This document shows, piece after piece, positions 12,560 to 26,300 of a stretch of 64,000 nucleotides of DNA. Below the pieces are notes generated by a model. That model worked only from the letters and a program-made list of their open reading frames with translations. It did not search any database and had not been told where the DNA came from. This stretch comes from Eimeria praecox. Its lineage: Eukaryota. Location: contig OY986948.1 of NCBI GenBank assembly GCA_963920595.1, forward strand, positions 2,232,001-2,296,000. The letters run 5' to 3'. Made by a program: the position numbers and the translations under genes. Position 1 is the stretch's first letter; every line of letters starts with the position of its first letter.

Positions 12560-14200
12560 ATGAGATCCCTTATACTGTGTTGAAGATGCTGCACGTAACA
12601 TATCCTCGGAAGCCAACTAGGGTTGCCGGCCCCTGGTCATCTCTCATAGAATTCACCTTTGTTCTGGCCCCTGCGCGTGGGTGCACGTGTTTCCAAAATC
12701 TCAGTCGCCTTCAGCTGTTCCCTGTCGTCGTAATGTTGTTGCGATTTTGTGCTGAGAGTTCGGGGGAATTTAGGTAATTCCCTGACCCTTTTGATGAACC
12801 CCGCATTGATAATATGGCGATATCTCCATGCTGAGGGTAAATCCACAATGTAGGCAAACGAATTAACCCGGTGACTAAACGCTAAGGGCCCTACCCAACT
12901 TGTTGAGAACTTTTTTGCCGATTGTTTGCTTGTACGATTCGAAAGACCTGTGAATCCACTAGAAGCACGTCGCCTGGGCTTGAAGTTACTGATGAACGTA
13001 AGTCATGGTTTATTGCCTGGCGTTCTTATGCTTGCTTCACGCATTCCCGTGCTTGTGCAAATTGTGTATGCGTCTGCGGGCGTCCTGGGCTGGCATCGGG
13101 CAGCCGCAGCATACCGGGGCAGACAACGCCGTTCCAGTGTAGAGCAGGGATGCTGGAAAGCAAGAAGCCGGAAAGTGCAGAAAGTGCAGCGTCGCGCTGT
13201 AAAACCATTCTGCACAGGGAAAGAAATCAAGCCGCTTTTATGAATTATGCCGGGTCTAGAGTTGCAAATACTGCACAAGACTGGGTGGGATTCGTGCGTT
13301 CCGCTTGACCATCTGCTTCCGGATGATTCGCGATGGTCATGACATGGTTCATATGAAGCCACTTTATGAATTCATGGGCAGGAAACGATAATGAAATGTG
13401 GTTCCCTGCCAAAGGTTGTGCTTTTCGGACAACTACGGAGCTTTCAAGAGCGGTTAATGAATAGTTGGTCCACACCTCCTTCTGTAACTAAACTGGGGCG
13501 CGGAATCAACGTGGGTGTATTTGTTGAATCTATCTACATCCATATGCATGCTATCGCAGGCTTTAACTTCTGGTAAATCTACAATGAAATTCATCAACAG
13601 ATCCTTCTAAACCGGCTAGGGGATTGGAAGACTCTGCAAGAGCCCAGGTTTGAGAGTGCTCGACCGTTGTTGCTCCTAACATCCCGGGAAAGTCAAGATA
13701 TACTCCTCAGCTGAGTGGAGCCACCAAAAAGACCTAGAGACCCGCTAAAACCTAATCGTCTATTTTGGGCAAAATGTGTGTCTGAAGCGAACATCGAACG
13801 GGTAATTGGCGGAGACCCCCTTTCTTCTGGTTGAGCCTTTCCACTTGTTTGCATTTCTTCTGCATGCCGCTCTATTTCCTCTTCGCGATGTGCGGGTCGC
13901 AGGTACCGCGGAACTAAGTTTAGCCCTGCTTGGAGAATGATCTAGAGGCGGCGCACTGTGCATCGAACGGGTGAGCGGTCCACTGGAAGCGGACAGCTCA
14001 CCTTCTGATTAAAAACATCTGAGTAGTACTGTGAATACGTCTGTTGTTCCGCTTGCGTTAAGACGGCCGAATTTTCTGACACTTCGGTCCTCGTAGGACC
14101 ATCATGAGGGTGTGTTGAAAGTTTTCCCTCTTCCTCCAGCTCCTCTGCACTGTGTAGGAGCCTCCTCACTCCATTCTACTTGGAACAATTATTCCAATCC
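12560..14200 (-). mobile_element. Degenerate Ty3/gypsy chromovirus LTR-retrotransposon pol relic (RT N-terminus, integrase, GPY/F module, chromodomain)
   Basis: Minus-strand translations: YSDVFNQKVSCPLPVDR...IILQAG...EEEIERHAEEMQTSGKAQP (start of gypsy RT, ~14030-13830); RSFWW...GC*...KPGLLQSLPIP*...LLMNFIVDLPEVKACDSMHMDVDRFNK (integrase Zn-finger/core, ~13740-13520); MTIANHPEADGQAERTN (~13340-13290); KKFSTSWVGPLAFSHRVNSFAYIVDLP...HIINAGFIK (GPY/F module, ~12915-12790); EILETR...GEFYER*PGAGNPSWLP (chromodomain, ~12700-12605). There are several in-frame stops. LTRs were not identified. Confidence 0.85.
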
Positions 14201-17200
14201 TCGTATCGTAGGGGAAGTACATGCGTTTGGGAGCACTGAGAGGTTCATCCTCTCATGGATTCCTTGAGAATAGACTTCACTAAAATCCTTTCGAGGCCTC
14301 ATGCCCGTCACCCACTGAGTCACCCCCTGCACGCCTATGGTTTTATCATGGTCAGTTGATCCAACGTCAAATTACCATGCCATGATAATACTATAGACTT
14401 CTGAGTAGACCTTGCATTGTACGCGCACATCGTTACCTATTCTCGCGTCGTTTCTGCCACCAGCGAGACGTGGTTGCAAACGGTGCGTCAAAGAATGGTG
14501 CGAGAGATTTCACCTCGATGCAGGCTGCGAAGTGAATCATACATCCGAAACTGCGCACTTCTCGTCACCTCGTTAGTGGTATTTAGTGTTGAAATGCTCT
14601 ATGAATAGTCTCCCTTGTTCATGCCTTCTCAATTGCGCTATAGCCTGCTCCCTTGCCAAGCTGAGAATAAGCCTCAATCGTACACGGGAAGGCTTCCACG
14701 CTCCTGGTATGCTCCATAAATATGGTTTCCCTGCTTGGATATAACGTGCATTGCAGCGCGTTTCCTTCCGAAGATGCCAGCAGGAGCTTTAGCTTTTCCT
14801 GATCTCCTTGAAGACCAAAATAAGACACCCCGGAAAACAGCAACTCCTTAACTGCCCGTGCGTTGCGTCGCCCACCGTACCCAGAACGCCATCCAAGGCG
14901 TAGTAATTCTTCATGGATTATGTTTGATGTAAAAATATTTTCAACTGAATGTGGTTCGTATCCCGATGCTCCGCAGCACCCAGCGGCTGGCCGCTTCCCT
15001 GACGGGGGACGCTTCCCAATCAATCAATCGATACGCAGAGGGGGAAATGGCTGCGTAATTGACAACGTTTGGCTCTGTTTCTGGAACTTCCTTCGATACT
15101 AACAGCTACTGTGCGCGAGGAAGCCCTGCCCTTCTATGAAGCTGAGGCTCGCTGTTCCTCCTGCCTAACGAACATGCGGCGCTGCCAAATGTAGCGAAGC
15201 TCCTCGAACTTAGCTGAAGACCATTTCGAGCTGTAGTAGATTAAACTATATAAAAAGCGAGGTCAGTGAAAAAAGCTGGCCTCCGCTCCAGCCTCCTCTT
15301 CGCATGGACATAATGGCCTACGTGCCTCGCGCTGGTGTGGAGACGGGCTACCTTGCCATGAGCCACAACGCTTGTTACAGCTGGTGCTGCAAAGCAGCCC
15401 GTTATAGGACTCAGTCAAAGGGCGTTTCGGTATGTACAATCATACCGAAGCGCCCCCTGAGTGAGTCCTATAACACAGTATACCACTGCCTTGCACCATT
15501 GTTTAAATAGCTATCAAAACCCAGTATGCACACAGATGTTGATGCATCTATCAACACCCGACAGCCTCTTTTTAGCCCGTCTGGCACTAGACAGGGATTT
15601 GGTCCTAATTTCCACGTATTATATGAGATAATGGTTCATCGTCATGCTGGCATATACGCTATAATGGTCTCCTAGCTGAAGAGCCAAAAATGTGGGATAC
15701 TGGGATGTGGATACGTACAGTTTGGGAAGGTACTGAATGATGGTGGGATTCTCCATTTGCATCTTGAAAAGCAGGATATGGACTTTCAGTTAGAAAGCCG
15801 CTGTGGCTATCTTTGTTGTCTAGCATGTCTTTCTATTCGTGGGAATCATCTTGGGAACTACGCTCACCGCATTGCCTGGCAGCGACTGTTGGGAGTGGGT
15901 TTTGCTTGCCACGCGTCTGTCACTGCTTGCCACACGTCTATCTCTGCGGTTCTCTATAGCCTTAAATGATTGTAGGTATGGTGTGACTGTGCGTGCCTTG
16001 GAGACTGCAGGTTCAGTTGCAACAGCAGACGGCAGTTGCATCTGGAGAACGCCTTCGCTAATAACAAATGCAAGCAAAGCCCTGGAGAACACAAGCTACA
16101 CAGTCGCGTAGAAAACAAGAACCTGCCTCAGGCAGTTTCATAGAGAAATGGGGTGCTTCCACTGAGAGCCACATATCGATTGGTTTGATGCATGGCACGT
16201 TACTCCTGCTGGGGCAGGCTAAATGCTAACTAACTTGCAGCCTGTGAGCCAATAACCTAGCGGATTTGCTAAACCACTGAAGACCGGCGAGCGATTCCCT
16301 GTCTTCTGCCTGGAGCCAATGGAAAATACCTTCGTTAAACAACGGAAGTTAAACGATGAAGCAAAGAAGAAATGACTCCACTGGCAGCGGCGAAGGCAAC
16401 TTAATTTCGTGAATGCTATTCTGGTGGTACAAATTGGTAATTTGGGATCCAGAGCTAGCAGAGACGAGGTGCGTTGAGGAAGAGCGGGAAAAGGCCAATT
16501 CTTGCTCTTTCATGCCGGTTTTCCTATCTGGAACCTGTTGTTCTAGACCCTACCACATCTGGTGTGCTCGGGGCAGTGAGAATCCAGAACAACTAGATAT
16601 GCGCCAAGAACAAAAAGAAAATGAAATATAATCTCTAGAGTTCGCGTACAAGGCCTTGCTGAAAGGCTAGAATAAAAGCCGATGAAATGTAAAAAAGCCG
16701 ATGAAATGTTCCCCTGCATGAACCCTGCCAAGTCTTTGGCTTGCCCTTACGCTTAACCACTTCTGCTCGTGAGCTGTTAGAGCACTCTATGACTTGCCTA
16801 GGTTGCTGCTTTTCGCTCTCCACCTATGAGCGGGATTTTTCGTCCGCATTGCTTAGTCATACTGTCAATAGATGTTTCAACGCATCCATCTTGAAACAAA
16901 GCAACCAGTCTAGACACTTAATGTATACGCCTGCTCCAACTCTCTTCGCACTATACCAAAGGCAGGAGCTGCATGCTTTGCCTAAACTGCAGCACGTCTG
17001 CCTACCGAGCGACTAGGCGCTAGGCCAAGAAACGCTGCTAGTCCCTAGGGGACTCTTCGGTTTTTCAACTAAGCGACAATAACGATCAACAAGTCGCAGC
17101 GCAAACATGAACACCCTCTTCTTCGGCTGGCAGCCTGTTAAGAAGTGTCCAGACACCCCACTAACTCCCCACGCTACGGGTCTCGTGAGATGGAACTACG

Positions 17201-17325
17201 GAAAAATGCCCAGATGCAAAGCGCATGCCAATCTTACTTCAAAGGCTCGTTCGCTGGTCAGCCACCCAAGCAGATCGCCTGCTTTGCTAGCTGATGGCTA
17301 GCTACATTAACTTGGCAAAGATATA

Positions 17326-20300
17326 CTAGGAGAGTGTAAACGCACCCTGCCCCTCCTCTAGAGCTAGGAGAAGCCTCTCCTTTAGGATCTGTTTGGAGGA
17401 ATAATTGGGAAGCTTGATGTAATTACTACAAGTCATCACACTGGGCAGCAAGCAGTCGCTGCCCCCGCTTCCCGAAGCAGGGTTCTTCCGTACGACTTTC
17501 ATCAACGGGCTGCAAGCAAATCGACAAGGAGAACGGAAGTACTGTCATGTCCTTAGACAACTGTGCTTGTTATTGGGCACACACACACACACACACATGC
17601 CCTAGGGATGGAAATACATGAATGGCACTCAATCGAATGCACGATAAACATCGCCATTGCAAGGGGCTAAATATTATGCTCGCCAACTACAAGCTTTGGT
17701 CTTCAAGGTGCGCACCCCCAATGGCTGAAACCCGCTAGCTGATGCGGAGAAAAAAAAGTGCAAGCACCTCACTAACACAGCCGGTTACGCCGCGCCAACC
17801 TACTCCCATGCGGCTCCCTGGCTACCCAACAGCAGGCTAACGATCAACTAACGTGCAGCCCTCTGCCTCACCGGAACCCAGCAAAACCACCTGCCGGCAA
17901 AATTGTCGATCCCGTCACAAACTTGAGAAAGGCTGCTCGCTGTGCAGGGGTGAAGTCCACCAACACTTCCAGGAAGTATCCATAGACGACACTCGATGCC
18001 GTGAATCTACGAGGAACAACAGACCAGGAGACGACATTGCATGGCGTCCATTTCCTTGTTCTTGCAGGGAAGTGCAAAAGGATGCATGACTTTCATTAAC
18101 TCTGTACTGTGGATACGTGTTATCAGTGCCCCCAGTTTGTCTGGCGAGTTATCTTCCCCCTTTTCTGAACTCTGGGATCTGTAGGTCTTTCTCTAAAAAT
18201 ATGGACTTGTGACTGCAACTCCCTCCGCATCTGTCACGCCACTTTCATTTCATAGACACTGCTGCTGTTGCTGCTGCCGCTGCAGTCACCAATGAAGTTG
18301 GTACAATTGCTACTATTATGTGGCGGAGGCTGTGGCAATGCCACTTCGTAGGCTCCTAGTGTGTGCACTTGTTGCAGCCTCTTTCCAATCTAATGCTTTA
18401 CCCATGGTCGGGCGCCACGTGTGCCCTGAGGTGCGACATCGTCCAGAATCTATCCTGTCTCGTTCTTTCTCTGTCTCCAAACAGGACTGACGACACTTCC
18501 ATCGACAACAGCGGTGAGAGGGCAGAAAGAGGACAGAAAGAACCGAACCCCAGACGGAACGCAGAGGCCTGGAAACCGTTAAGTCGCAGCAGCACGCACA
18601 TACCCGTAGCTTAAATTGTAACAACTTAACTTGGACGGTGTGCGCATAGCGTGCACCATGCATAGGGAAGAACACGACGCAAATGCTAGTTTCGAGAAGG
18701 ATGTGTTTGTCCTCAAGCCTGCTGCCCCCACAAAGCCGCAAATGAAGGTATCAGTCAGGCGTGCCCCGCGACGAAGCACTCCACGAGATACGAAGGCATG
18801 CCTACGAAAGCTACACTTTGGCAAGGCAACAGAGCACAGCACAAAGTGTACCTGCAGGAAGATGCCCTCAGCAAGGAGTACGAACACCAACCGCTGAATG
18901 AAAAAATCCACTGACGCGTTCGAGACAAGGGTATTCTCGCCGCCTTCAACCAGCGCTCCTCCCCCATCCTCTGCAGAAGCAACAGCAGCACTAGAGGCAC
19001 CCTGTATTAGCAGCAGCAGCGGTAGGGGCGTCTACATTTGTTGCTGCAGCACAAGCTGCAACAAAAGCTCAAACTTAATTGAGTTCCCTGTCCCCTGCTC
19101 ACGAGGAGACGCAATTGCTGGTGAATGACCCAGCTGCACCAAACGACTAGGCCTGACCGCCTTGAGCCCACAGTATGTGGCCTGGGTGTTCTGACAGCTT
19201 ATTTAGAGCCTTTATGCCACTTACGCGGAAGAACAAAGGAGCAGCACATATCCTTCACTTCATTTCCATCTGCTCGGTGCTGCAGCATTTGCTGCAGGGA
19301 CCTCCCCAGGGCCTCATCAACTGCAGCAACAGTAGCAATAGCAGCGGCTGTGCACCCGCAGCAACAAGCACCAAACCGCAGCCCCGCAGCTGCTGATGAT
19401 GCTTCTTTCACATTCTCCGTTTTCGCTGCAGGCTTCAGGCAGTTGCAGGGCTTAAGTCGCTCCCGGTGTAGCCAAGGACGAGCAACCGCCTCCCAGAAAA
19501 GTGCATGCAAACCGGTGTCTGTTGTGCTGCTACGGCCATCAACTAACGCCTTCGCTGCCAGCTGCCCCAACAAGCGGAAGTAACTAAACAGCTGGCGCTC
19601 CAGTTTGCCATGCTCTGCTGCTGCTGGTGCTGCCGCAGCCGCATCCAGTTCAGGGTGGGGCGAAGCCCCGGTGCTGTTGTTGCTGTTATTACTGCTGGAG
19701 GGTTCCACATCCTCTTCCATATCCTCTGCCCCTTCAGCAGAATCTGCTCGCTCAGTTCGGTTAGCACTGGCCCTTCTTCTGTTTCTGCGCTGCTGCTGCT
19801 GCTGCATAAGAGGAGAAACTCTCGGGCGCCGCAGCATCTCTACGGGGATGTGCGATAGGTCTGTTGAATACGCGCGAGGGAACAAGCCTCCCCCGCTGCT
19901 GCAATTCAAGAACAACTCAGGGTCCTTCCAGGAAAGCAGTGCTTCAAGCACCTGCAGCAGCAGCAGCACAAATCGCAAGCAACCATAATCAGCAGTTTCT
20001 AGTTACTGCTACCCACAAAAATCGATGGCCATCCCTTCCGGCGCACGCAACCCGCAACCTGCACCTAGAAACAAGAAAAACCCCAAACCTTGGTGGCCTA
20101 CCTCCGCATAAAATTCATTCGTTGGGCCCTGGCCCACTCCCTCTTCCCCTGCAAACTCCACCTCCAGCACGGGTTGCTCCTCACTATTGCGGTTACTCGC
20201 CAGAAGATGGTCCATTACCTGCACCCGCAACAGCATGGAGATGATGAAATACCCTTAACATTCGCCTCTCCGTGTTTCTCGAGTGCGTAGAACAAAAGTA

Positions 20301-23300
20301 CTATATTACAACGTAGATAGACGGCATAAACAAACAAAAAAGAGCAGAAGGGTTTGAAGTCTGGAGGAGCTTTGGCTTATAAAACAAGATTGAACGTTTA
20401 CCTTGGCAGCGCTCTCCACTAGGTGGGAACGTGGCATCTTCACTTTTGTCTTCGGAAGCGAAGCTCCCTGAAAAGCAAGCGAAAGCAAATACACATACCA
20501 ACGTCCTCGGTGGGTCTTCTCAGCCAGCCCGCTCTCCCCGCTAAAGCTGCTGTACGCGTTGCTGCTGCTGACGTACGCCTTCCAAATCTGCCAGTATTTC
20601 TTGCTCTCGCCTGCTGCTACTTCCTCCTGATGCAGCTCCCTGCAGCTGCAGCAGTGGTCGCAGCCGTTGAAGCAGCAGGGCTTTGCTGCTGCTGATGCCA
20701 GAAGTGGGAAAATTGAGTAACGGTTGCACGCTGCTGCTGCCGCTACTGTTGCCCTGCCGCTGACCCAGCAAAAGTTCTGCCGCTTCCTTCAATCGCACTT
20801 TGTAAATAAACTGCCCCCGCATCGCTCCTAGTTGCTGCTGTAGCAGCAGCAGCAGCCTCAACTGTAGCGGGAAAAGGAATGGACACGCAAACACCAACCT
20901 CCTCAACCAGTATGGCGTCCTGCTGTGGCTGGTCACAGCTGCAACAGGGTCTGCCAAGACGGCCCCAGCTTTTGCCGATACGCTACTCCAGCAAGATATG
21001 TCTGCCCCTGCGGTTGCCATTCCCGCCGCTTCGCTGCTGATGCTGCTGCAGAGACCCAGAGGGTGTCCGCACAGACCCCGTGATGAAGCAGCAGCTCTGA
21101 ACACAGTTGCTACCGCTGCTGTTGCACTACCCGAGTCACCACTACTGCTGCTGCTGGCGATGGAAGCATATGCATACAGCTGCGGCAGCTGCTGCAAGAG
21201 GTTGTGCAGGTACAACAACAAAACTACAAAGGGTGCTGCAGATGCCGCTACATCTTCAAACACACTCGGAAGCAGCAAGTCCCCATATGCCGCTGCAGGC
21301 ACTGCAGTAGAAGCAGGGATTACCGGCCCTGCGGCGGCTGCTCCCTCAGTTGAGGCACTGTCGCTCCCTATGCTGCTGTTGCGCCGAGTAACACTGACGC
21401 CAGCAGAAGGGAGTGCGTAGAACAGAGGAGCAGCTTCGTCTGAGGACGCATGCAGGAGCAAGTCAAGACGGTGCCAACTGCTGCACTCTCCCCGTAAGTA
21501 AGCTGCTGTTGCAGCTGTCTCCTTCTGGGTGCGAGACACACACCATCCAGCCAGATCCTCCAACACTCGCTGATGCTGTCGCTGCTGCTGCATCTGCAGC
21601 GGCTCTTTTGACTCACAGCACGCTGCAGGAGCAGCCCGCCGGTGCTGCTGTTGTTCTTGCTGCAGTTGCTGTAACAGTCGTTCTGCACCCAAGGCCGGGT
21701 GCACAAGGGAGGTGACAAGCGGTGAGCTTCTACCCAACCAGAGACCCTCAGTGGAGACCAGCTCGCTCCCGCTGCTGTTGCTTCTGCTGCTGTTGCTGTC
21801 CCGCGTCTTTGGCGCGGCTGGCAGTTTTAGGTAGTCAATGGTGTGGGCCTTGTCCCAAAGCGACTTACTCTGACCAGCTGTTTCGGCTGCTGCTGTCGCT
21901 GTTGGAGCAACAGCTGCTACGCATTCTTCAGCCATAATGCAGAATCGCCCGCTGAGGTCCACCTGCAGCATCTCCCCTTTGCTCCTACTGCTGCTCCTTC
22001 GCCTTCTCCCCGTGCCGCTTGTTGTCGGAGCAGAAACGACAGCGAGTGGGTCAGCACTTTCCGCTTGTGCTGCTGCATCGGGAAAAGCAGCAAGAGAACC
22101 AGGCCTCCTAGAGTCCAGGAATGCCGGCAGTGCATCTACATCTCCGCGCTGCCTTGATGTGGTGCTGTTGCTGCTGCTGCCACTGCTGCTGCTGGGGAAA
22201 AGGTCAGCTAGCAATGCTGTGGAGAGCAGCATCTCAAAAGTGCTGCTCCCTCCCTGAAGCATTTGCTGTAGTCGGCGGTACGCCGCGCTACCAGCTGGCG
22301 CGAACCACCCGCTGGTCCTGTTGGTGTCACGCCAGCTGCTGCTGCTGCTGCGTTTCGTCAGCGCAACGCACCCTTCATACAAATTGAGAGCCTCCATAAC
22401 GGGCATCTGAGGTGGCACTGGTACGGAGTGTACATACAACTGGATAGCAGCCACGGCTGCTGGACTATTTCTGCAGCAGCAGCTGCTGCTGCTGCTCAGT
22501 TCAGCGGGACCTACCGCCGCACCGGAAACAGTGTCTGGCTCGCGCTCCAGACCGGCCCGCTCTCGTCTTGGCGAAGGACGATCAGGGCTAGCTACACCAC
22601 CACCTGCCTGCGCCGATTCTACTGCTACGCCGCTACCAAGCAGAGGTACTGCTGGACCACTGCGCTGCACTGGCTCCTCATGCTCTTCTCTCTCGGGTCC
22701 TGTCCCCAGCTCCTCCTCACTGCTTCCGTCGCCAGGGCTGCTGTCGCAGCTGCTGTTGCTGGGGCTGCTACTGTCGCTTTCTGCTAATTCCTCCCCCTCG
22801 AAAATCACCGCGCCTTCCCCATCGCTGCTGGTGTTGCCGCCGCCGCTGCTGTCGCTGCTGCTGACAATCTCCTCCTCGCTCGGGCTATCCCTGGATTCGT
22901 GTTCGTCGTCTCCAGAGTGCCTTCCTGAAAGACGCCAGAACGCATGCAACCAACTAGAAACAAGCTACTGTTGCACCACATCACAGCCAGTACCAGCAAT
23001 TCGATTGGCCTCAGCTGCAGAAGCAACCGGTGCTGCAGCTAAAGGGTGCTACCTGTTTTGATACGACTGTCCACTTCCATCGAGTCGCTGCTGTCTAAGG
23101 ATTCCACTTCGTCCTCATGCGGCTGCCGCTGTGGCTGTCGTTGCTGTCGCACATGGCCCCGTTCTTGCCGACGCTGCAGTTCTTGCCATTGCTGTTGGTG
23201 CCGCTCCGATGGAGCCTCGCCTTCTGCAGATGCCATCCCTGCTCGCCATCCCCGTTGCCGCGAGCGGTCCCTTGCACCTGTGCCTCTGCTGCTCGGTTCT

Positions 23301-26300
23301 TGATGCTCCTCCTCCTGCTGAAGGCCCCCGTCTGCCTGAGGCTCCCGCACAAATTCTCCCACCTGCTGCGGTTGCTGCGGCAGCTGGTGCACCGGTGCAC
23401 GTCCAGCGGCCTGCACTGTGCGCCTGACCTCCGTCTCCACGCGCGACAATGGGGCCCTACAGTCCACAGCCAGTGTGCTGTTGCTGCTGATGCCGCTGGT
23501 GTATCTGTGCCCCCAAGGCGTCATATCCGCAAACAAACTGCCCCTCTGGTTCTGCATCACCAGCTCCTGGAGCTGCAGCATCGGTGTTACCCCAGTGCCT
23601 GCCACGGTGTGGCTGTTGCTAATGCTCCCACAGCTGCTGCGCTGAAGATGGCCCCGCTGTGCTGCTAAGGCAGCAGTATCTGATGCGGTCCTTGTAGGAA
23701 ATGTCCCGCGCCCTCTTCGCTGCCCGTCTCTGTTGCTGCTTCCCCCTGCTACTGCTGCTGCGGTTGCCTCTACGGACGCAGCAGGAGGCGGCGGTACGTT
23801 GCTGCTGCTGCTGCCAGGCTGTCCTCGGCGTCGCTTTATCAAGCAGCCGCTGTTGCTTGCGCTTGCGCTACTGCTGCTGCCGCTGCTACTACTGTTAGTG
23901 TTGCTGCTACTACTGTTGCTGCTGCTCCCTACGGCTGGTTTTGCTGTTGCCGCAGCAACAGGCGCCGTTGCCTTGGATCGCGTGCCACGAGCAGCCCGCT
24001 GTGAGGTTGCTGCAGTCTCTCGCTTCCTTGCTGCAGCTGCAGTTTCCGTTCCCACGCGCACTGCCGCCTCTCCAGCTGCTGCAGCCGATGCTGCTGGTGC
24101 AGCATCTGCACCAGCAGCATCGGTCGCAGCAGCATGCGCAGGAGACCGACAGCCCCCGCCAGCTCGGCTGCGGAAGCGCCTCCTTGAAGTCCTCGACTCT
24201 GTGTGTGCTGCCTTTGCTTCTGTTTCCGCTGCTTCTGCTGCTGCTGGGGGCATCCCTGCCGTCTCCTCTGGATCGAAGCAGGCTGGAGCAGCAGATGGCG
24301 CCTGCTCGCCGCTAATATCTCTTGCCACGATAATAAGGTCTCTTTGCAGGTCTTGTACAACGAGGAAAGGATCAGGCTGCTGCAGCTGCTGTTGCTGGAG
24401 CATCTGCTGCCGCCTCAGTTCCCCCGGATGGTGCGAAAGGTGCTGCTGTTGCAGCTGATGGAAAGCTCGCAGGCTTCTCGAGGAAGGGCGCTGCCGCTGC
24501 TGCAACCCATCTGTGCGGTAACCTGGCTGTCTGTCTGCTGCCACTGTCTCTGCTGGCGCCGATCCTCCTGCTGCTGCTCGAGGGGCCCGCAAGTGCGGGG
24601 GTAGCACATCGCGTGCTGCTGCTGCAACAGCAGGTAGCTGTTGCTGCAGCACAGGAAACTGCTCCACTCGGCTTAGGCATTTTGCTGCCAGCATCGCCAG
24701 ACGCAGCAGCAAATCCGGAGAGGCAGCAGACCAGTCAACACCCTCCAGAATACCATGCTCCTGCTGCTGCTGTTGCTGCAGCAGCTCAGGCGAGCTATCG
24801 GTCAAGGGAAAAAGAAAGGCGCGCAGGAAAAGCAGCCCCCGCTGCCTAAGTTCCTGCTGCTCCTTGCAGCAGTTGCAGCGGCAGCTGCCTCTAAAACAAG
24901 AGCTGCTGCTGCTGCTGCCGCTGCTACTGTCCGCGCCCAGTAGGTAGCAACAGAGTGCTTCTGCAAGCTGAGAGCTGATAATTTCGCATGCCGAGATACT
25001 CTGGGTCGGGTTTTCCAAGAGCTTTCGTAGCTCCACTAGAGCCAACCACTGCTTCTGCTGTTCCTGTTTTGCGGTGGCAGGTTGCTTCCCCTGTTGCATC
25101 AGTGAAGAAGCCACCTGCTGCAGCCGCTGTTGGGTGTTGCAGATAGGTGCTGAGCCAGGGGGAGAAAGCTGCTGCAGTTGCTGCTCAAACACAAAGAGGC
25201 ATGCCTCCTGGATTCGCCGCAGCAAGCTAATCAAGTCTACACAAGCAATCGATTCACCAGCAGCAGCAGCAGCAGCAGCAGTTGCTGCTCTGGTAACGAA
25301 TCGGAGAGTTCCTGTGCCTCGATCGTCAGCACTCTGCTGTTGCTGCTGTTCATCCACGCGTCTGCTGCTGCTATTGGTGCTGCTCTGTAAATCTGCCTCT
25401 ATGCGGTCCCGCACGCCTGCAGCCTGGAGGGCTGCTGCTGCAGCCGAGCCGTGTTGCGTTAGCAACTGCAGCACAATATTCATAACGGCGAAGTTCTGCA
25501 GCACAAAACACAAAGACCGGCGCAAGCATGGCAGGCATGAAGGGGGGAAGGAATATGCTCTAAGAAGCAGCAGCAGCGGTAGAGGCAGCTGCTGCACGCG
25601 CCTCGCGTGCAAGAGCGCCAGCAAATGTAGCGGCAGCAGCCGCAACCTACCACTGCGGCAGGCAGCTTCCTGCTGAGTGTGTGAGCGCAGATCTCTCCAA
25701 GAGTTTTGACATCGAGGTGTAGCAGGAACTGCTGTTGGAGCAGCTGCTGGTTGCCGCTGGCCTTTGCTGCAGTGCAAGCAGCAGCTAGCAGCAACTGCAG
25801 AACAAAACGAGAGAGGTCTCGCATCACGGACGACTCCATAAGCGGCAGCATTGGAGCTGCAAGTGTGCTGCAGAACAGGTCCATTCACACACACTTCTAA
25901 ACAGCTGCAGCTGCTGGTGCTGCTCCCCTTTTCCACCGCTGCTTCCTACTGTCATCCCATGACTAAATATATCGTCTTCAACGCCAGATGCTTTATCTCG
26001 AGCCTCAAAGCCTCATCCATGTGCTCACGGGCGTCTTGTGATCTACACCCTAAGCCCTCAGCCCTAAACCCTGGCTTACTGCAGCGCCCGACCAAGTAAC
26101 TCCGGTGAATTCGCGAAGACCGCAGCGCGGTTCTGATCTACTGTCAGCACATCTGCTGCCCTCGCTGCTTCTGTTCCCTGCAGCGCTTCCTTTGGCGGCT
26201 GCGGCAGCGGCAGCTTAAAGCGAACAGCTGGGAGAAGTGAAACACCCAAAGCCGCGACGCTTTCCAGCAGCAGCACCTCTTGCCTCTTGACCTGCAGGCA

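Noticed and set aside
14200..16400. Possible gag/protease/5' LTR of the retroelement
   Set aside because: Only very weak motif hints and no LTR pair, PBS or PPT found by eye, so it was not called as a feature.
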